The notes below the pieces were generated by a model that was not told the origin of the DNA, made no database searches, and saw only the letters and a list, made by a program, of their open reading frames with translations. A DNA stretch of 64,000 bases. It comes from an uncultured Candidatus Saccharibacteria bacterium. Lineage in GTDB: Bacteria > Patescibacteriota > WWE3 > UBA101185 > UBA10185. The first letter of the stretch is position 1. Each line of letters begins with the position of its first letter. The position numbers and the translations under genes are program-made. The DNA lies in contig CAZXUJ010000002.1 in the NCBI GenBank assembly GCA_964643995.1, positions 14,209 through 78,208 of the forward strand, given 5' to 3'. Below are positions 60,742 to 64,000 of the stretch, piece after piece.

Positions 60742-62433
60742 TTTCTTACCTACCAAATTGTATAATACTGATCGGTACTCAACATTGACCATCAACTCAT
60801 CTAGATTATTTTTTATCTTGGGCAACCCTTGGATCTTTTGGCTATTGTAAACCCGAGGCTTAGAGATAGCATCCGAGAAAACCTCATCAGAACGCGAAAT
60901 CAGACGTGCCCAAGAACTGGTACCCTCTAGAGTGTAATTATCTACAAAACAAACATAATCACTTATCGGATCCCCACTATCTAAACCAGCAAAGTCATTA
61001 TGCGACAACGAGTTCATGTACTTTCCATAGGTACTATCAACATGTATTTGAGTAGTATACCCCGTGGTAGAACGCAATTCTTCTGCTAAAAGCCATCTAA
61101 TTCGAGTTTGAACAATGTACTCCTGAGTTAAGGTAAAGGCCGAGAAAATGAAAAGTAAAACTACTAGGGTGACCGGTAACTTAAAATAATTTCTTTTCAC
61201 TACAGACAAATTTTTTTCAAATGACACACCAATAAATAAAACGAACGGCACTAGTGCTGGAAGCAGATACCGATCGTAAAAATCAGATGAAATCAATATC
61301 GAAGCCAAGAGTAAGACTGAACAAAACAATAGGTATTTCTGACTCAAAGTTGAAGCTTGCTTTTTCTTTATGAAGTTTGAATATACGTAATAGAAAATAT
61401 AGACCAGCCCCAGCGATACTAAGTAAGCTAAAAACAACTTGTAAGGAACGTTATCAAAAACACTAAGAGTAAGCTGAAAATTTGTGCGTGTTAGAAAATT
61501 CTCAACATACAGTACATTTCCCAGAGGAAAAACATCATAGCGATATAAAGTAGCTGCCGGTATTAAACTTATCCCTAAAAGCGCAAGTCTTATTTTGCGA
61601 GTCTCTAAACGCACAAGGTTATAGATGCTCAGAGGCAACAAAAAATATCCTAAATAAGGAAGAATCATCCATAAATTTGCCAAACGTGTGGTAATACGGT
61701 CAGGTGATATCAAACCTTTCAGGACATCGTCTGCACCAGGTTTAACAACTTTTGGCCACAGATACCAAAAATAAAATGTTGTAGAAATGAAAGTTAATCC
61801 CAGCAGAACGTCAAAAGCTAATCTTTTTGTAACTTTTGATTTTAGAAACAGGATGCTATGTGCCTCAGCCAATAAATAAGCAAAAAATAAGGCGACCCCT
61901 ATCTGACGTATAAGAATAGTAAAGCTTGTAAACAAAAGTGCAAAAACTAAGAAACCAAGTTTACGCGAATCAAAATACCTGAGAAAAAAATACATCCCCC
62001 ACAATGCGTAAGCCAAAAAATAAATTTCAGTCATAAATGTAAATGAAGAAAAAAAGATTAAAGGATTAAAACACAAAGTAACAAAAGTAAGAAACTTTAT
62101 AGAATCTGATAACTTGAGTATCCCTAGGACTTTGTACAGGCCAAACATAAAAACGACAAAATGAAAAACAGTTAATCTCCGCAAATCAGAAAAGGCAGAT
62201 CCAAAAATTTCGGCCCATACGAAACCAACTCCGCCTTGAAAAATAAACGATGGGTCAATGAGTTCGCTTAATGGCTTAATACCAACTTGAAATGCATCCA
62301 CCTGTCGTTTAAAGATCCAGTCGTCATTAACTGGGAACTCTCCAGATAGCCCAATAATGAAAACTAACACAAAATAAAGAGCCAGAATTAAAACAAAGGA
62401 ATTTCTTTTGTAAAATCTTATTACTAGGTCCAT
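60706..62433 (-). CDS. GT-C glycosyltransferase
   Basis: FPVNDDW, TFMTE, LIRQ, YDRYLLP. Confidence 0.8.
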   Translation of the reverse strand: MDLVIRFYKRNSFVLILALYFVLVFIIGLSGEFPVNDDWIFKRQVDAFQVGIKPLSELIDPSFIFQGGVGFVWAEIFGSAFSDLRRLTVFHFVVFMFGLYKVLGILKLSDSIKFLTFVTLCFNPLIFFSSFTFMTEIYFLAYALWGMYFFLRYFDSRKLGFLVFALLFTSFTILIRQIGVALFFAYLLAEAHSILFLKSKVTKRLAFDVLLGLTFISTTFYFWYLWPKVVKPGADDVLKGLISPDRITTRLANLWMILPYLGYFLLPLSIYNLVRLETRKIRLALLGISLIPAATLYRYDVFPLGNVLYVENFLTRTNFQLTLSVFDNVPYKLFLAYLVSLGLVYIFYYVYSNFIKKKQASTLSQKYLLFCSVLLLASILISSDFYDRYLLPALVPFVLFIGVSFEKNLSVVKRNYFKLPVTLVVLLFIFSAFTLTQEYIVQTRIRWLLAEELRSTTGYTTQIHVDSTYGKYMNSLSHNDFAGLDSGDPISDYVCFVDNYTLEGTSSWARLISRSDEVFSDAISKPRVYNSQKIQGLPKIKNNLDELMVNVEYRSVLYNLVGKKSFVGAWCEDVV

Positions 62434-62455
62434 ATAATATCTCGTATGGTATTAT

Positions 62456-63085
62456 ATGCGTATGAAGCACGAGTTACCAAAACTTCATTTTGATTATAAT
62501 GATTTTGAACCTTACATTGACGCAAAAACCATGGAAATTCACTATACTAAACACCATCAAGCTTACGTGACAAATCTTAATACTGCACTTGAGAGATACG
62601 ATCAGATACAAGGAATGAATTTGCATGAGGTTAGTGTTGCTGAACTCATTACCAAACTTGATTTAGTACCTGATGATATAAAAACCGCTGTAAGAAACAA
62701 CGGTGGAGGACATCTTAACCATTCAATGTTTTGGAAACTGCTTTCTAAACATCCTACTGCGCCCTCACTAGAATTCAAAAAAATTGTTGATAAATCTTTC
62801 GGTGGATTGGATATCCTAAAAGAAGAATTCACTAAGGTTGCGATGGGCAGATTTGGAAGTGGCTGGGCATGGTTAGTTGTCAAAGAGGGCATTTTAGAAA
62901 CCACGTCCACAGCTAACCAAGACAACCCATTGATGGAAGGTGTAAAACCTGTACTTGGCTTAGACCTATGGGAACATGCTTACTACCTCAACTATCAAAA
63001 TAGACGTGATGACTATGTAAGCAATTGGTGGACTATTGTAAACTGGAAACAAGTGGAGGATAATTTCAACCATGAACTATCTTAA
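62456..63085 (+). CDS. sodA: Superoxide dismutase, Mn-type signature
   Basis: [33 protein letters not shown]. Confidence 0.95.
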   Translation: MRMKHELPKLHFDYNDFEPYIDAKTMEIHYTKHHQAYVTNLNTALERYDQIQGMNLHEVSVAELITKLDLVPDDIKTAVRNNGGGHLNHSMFWKLLSKHPTAPSLEFKKIVDKSFGGLDILKEEFTKVAMGRFGSGWAWLVVKEGILETTSTANQDNPLMEGVKPVLGLDLWEHAYYLNYQNRRDDYVSNWWTIVNWKQVEDNFNHELS

Positions 63086-64000
63086 TAAGATTATTGATTG
63101 GATAAAAAGAAACAAACTTACAGCTATTTTGCTTGCAGTACTAGCATATACACTCTACCCACAATTTAATAACGGAATTATGTACAGACGCAATCTTGAT
63201 TATGAGAGAGGATTCATGGGGAATACAGGTATTTCAGCCCCTAGTGCAATGATCGGGTATGATACATCTGACTACAAAATGGCACCGATAGTTGGAGAGG
63301 AAGCTCCTGTCTCAGAAGCCACCAGCAGAATGGTTATTTCTAACTCTCAAATTTCACTTTTAGTAAAAGATATCAGGACGGCTACAGATGAAGTAGAAAA
63401 AAAAGCCAAAGCTTTAGGAGGGTACAGTGTAAGCAAATACACTAACACACCATATGAAGGCGGATCCGGATATATAACTGTTCGCGTACCAGTAGAAAAA
63501 CGGGAAGAACTGGTAGGGTTTCTGCGAGAATCCGGGGTCAGAGTTCTAAGTGAAAATATTGATGCACAGGACATAACCGATCAATATGAGGATCTGGATG
63601 CGCAACTGGCGCAACTTGAAAAAACTATGGCTAGACTACAGATAATTTATGATCAGGCTGTAACCGTACAAGAACTACTAAACGTTCAGAATCAAATTCA
63701 AAATCAACAAAGATCAATAGACAGTGTTAAGGGAAGAATTAAGTCTATGGAAGCTCAGTCCAAAACTACCCTTATCTCTATAAACATGTCTACGGATGAG
63801 CTTGCACTACCATACTCTCCTGGAGCACCTTGGAGACCTGAGGTCACTTTGAAACTTGCTATAAGAGAATTAACCCAAACAATGAGAGATGCTGGAGATT
63901 GGTTGATCTGGGTTGCTGTGTACTCCATTATCTGGGGACCTGCTCTTGTCATATTTCTGGTAGTTAAAGCTGAGGTAAGAAAGTACAAAGTTAAAAATAT
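63072..64000 (+). CDS. DUF4349 domain membrane protein (runs off the window edge; not in the ORF track)
   Basis: [44 protein letters not shown]..; start overlaps the end of sod. Confidence 0.85.
   Translation, partial: MNYLNKIIDWIKRNKLTAILLAVLAYTLYPQFNNGIMYRRNLDYERGFMGNTGISAPSAMIGYDTSDYKMAPIVGEEAPVSEATSRMVISNSQISLLVKDIRTATDEVEKKAKALGGYSVSKYTNTPYEGGSGYITVRVPVEKREELVGFLRESGVRVLSENIDAQDITDQYEDLDAQLAQLEKTMARLQIIYDQAVTVQELLNVQNQIQNQQRSIDSVKGRIKSMEAQSKTTLISINMSTDELALPYSPGAPWRPEVTLKLAIRELTQTMRDAGDWLIWVAVYSIIWGPALVIFLVVKAEVRKYKVKN

Noticed and set aside
7219-63988. Numerous 60-140 aa ORFs antisense to or nested in long genes (e.g. 19080..19460, 31886..32308, 50993..51343, 63347..63574)
   Set aside because: Shadow frames of well-supported genes, with no motifs or independent expression signals

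Overview
AT-rich bacterial chromosomal window. It is probably a Patescibacteria/CPR organism, WWE3/Microgenomates-like (inferred from the CPR-type pilins, wHTH-NUDIX, sortase and DUF4349 genes, many GT-C glycosyltransferases and mostly SD-less gene starts). I found no rRNA, tRNA or CRISPR array. The first ~9 kb is a decayed accessory region bracketed by an intact IS3-family element (94..1293, -1 frameshift site) and an internally deleted relative (8243..8743). It holds relics of RhuM, serine recombinase, HD-domain and PsbP-like genes, plus a wHTH-NUDIX/NDT-like operon and a GH5 glycoside hydrolase. The rest mixes housekeeping and resistance genes (dut, typA, DEAD-box helicase, xseAB, sod, csoR-copA copper operon, transporters) with many deletion-eroded pseudogenes. 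Best candidates for novelty: (1) an Elp3 tRNA U34 carboxymethyltransferase head-to-head with a methyltransferase carrying Trm9/ALKBH8 family motifs, a candidate eukaryote/archaea-style mcm5U34 wobble pathway in a bacterium; (2) a catalytic-domain-only AsnRS paralog behind an attenuator-like leader, abutting a fused double ATP-grasp ligase; (3) a highly divergent, frameshifted CCA/PAP-like nucleotidyltransferase coupled to a wHTH protein. All assignments come from motif recognition by eye; no database search was run.
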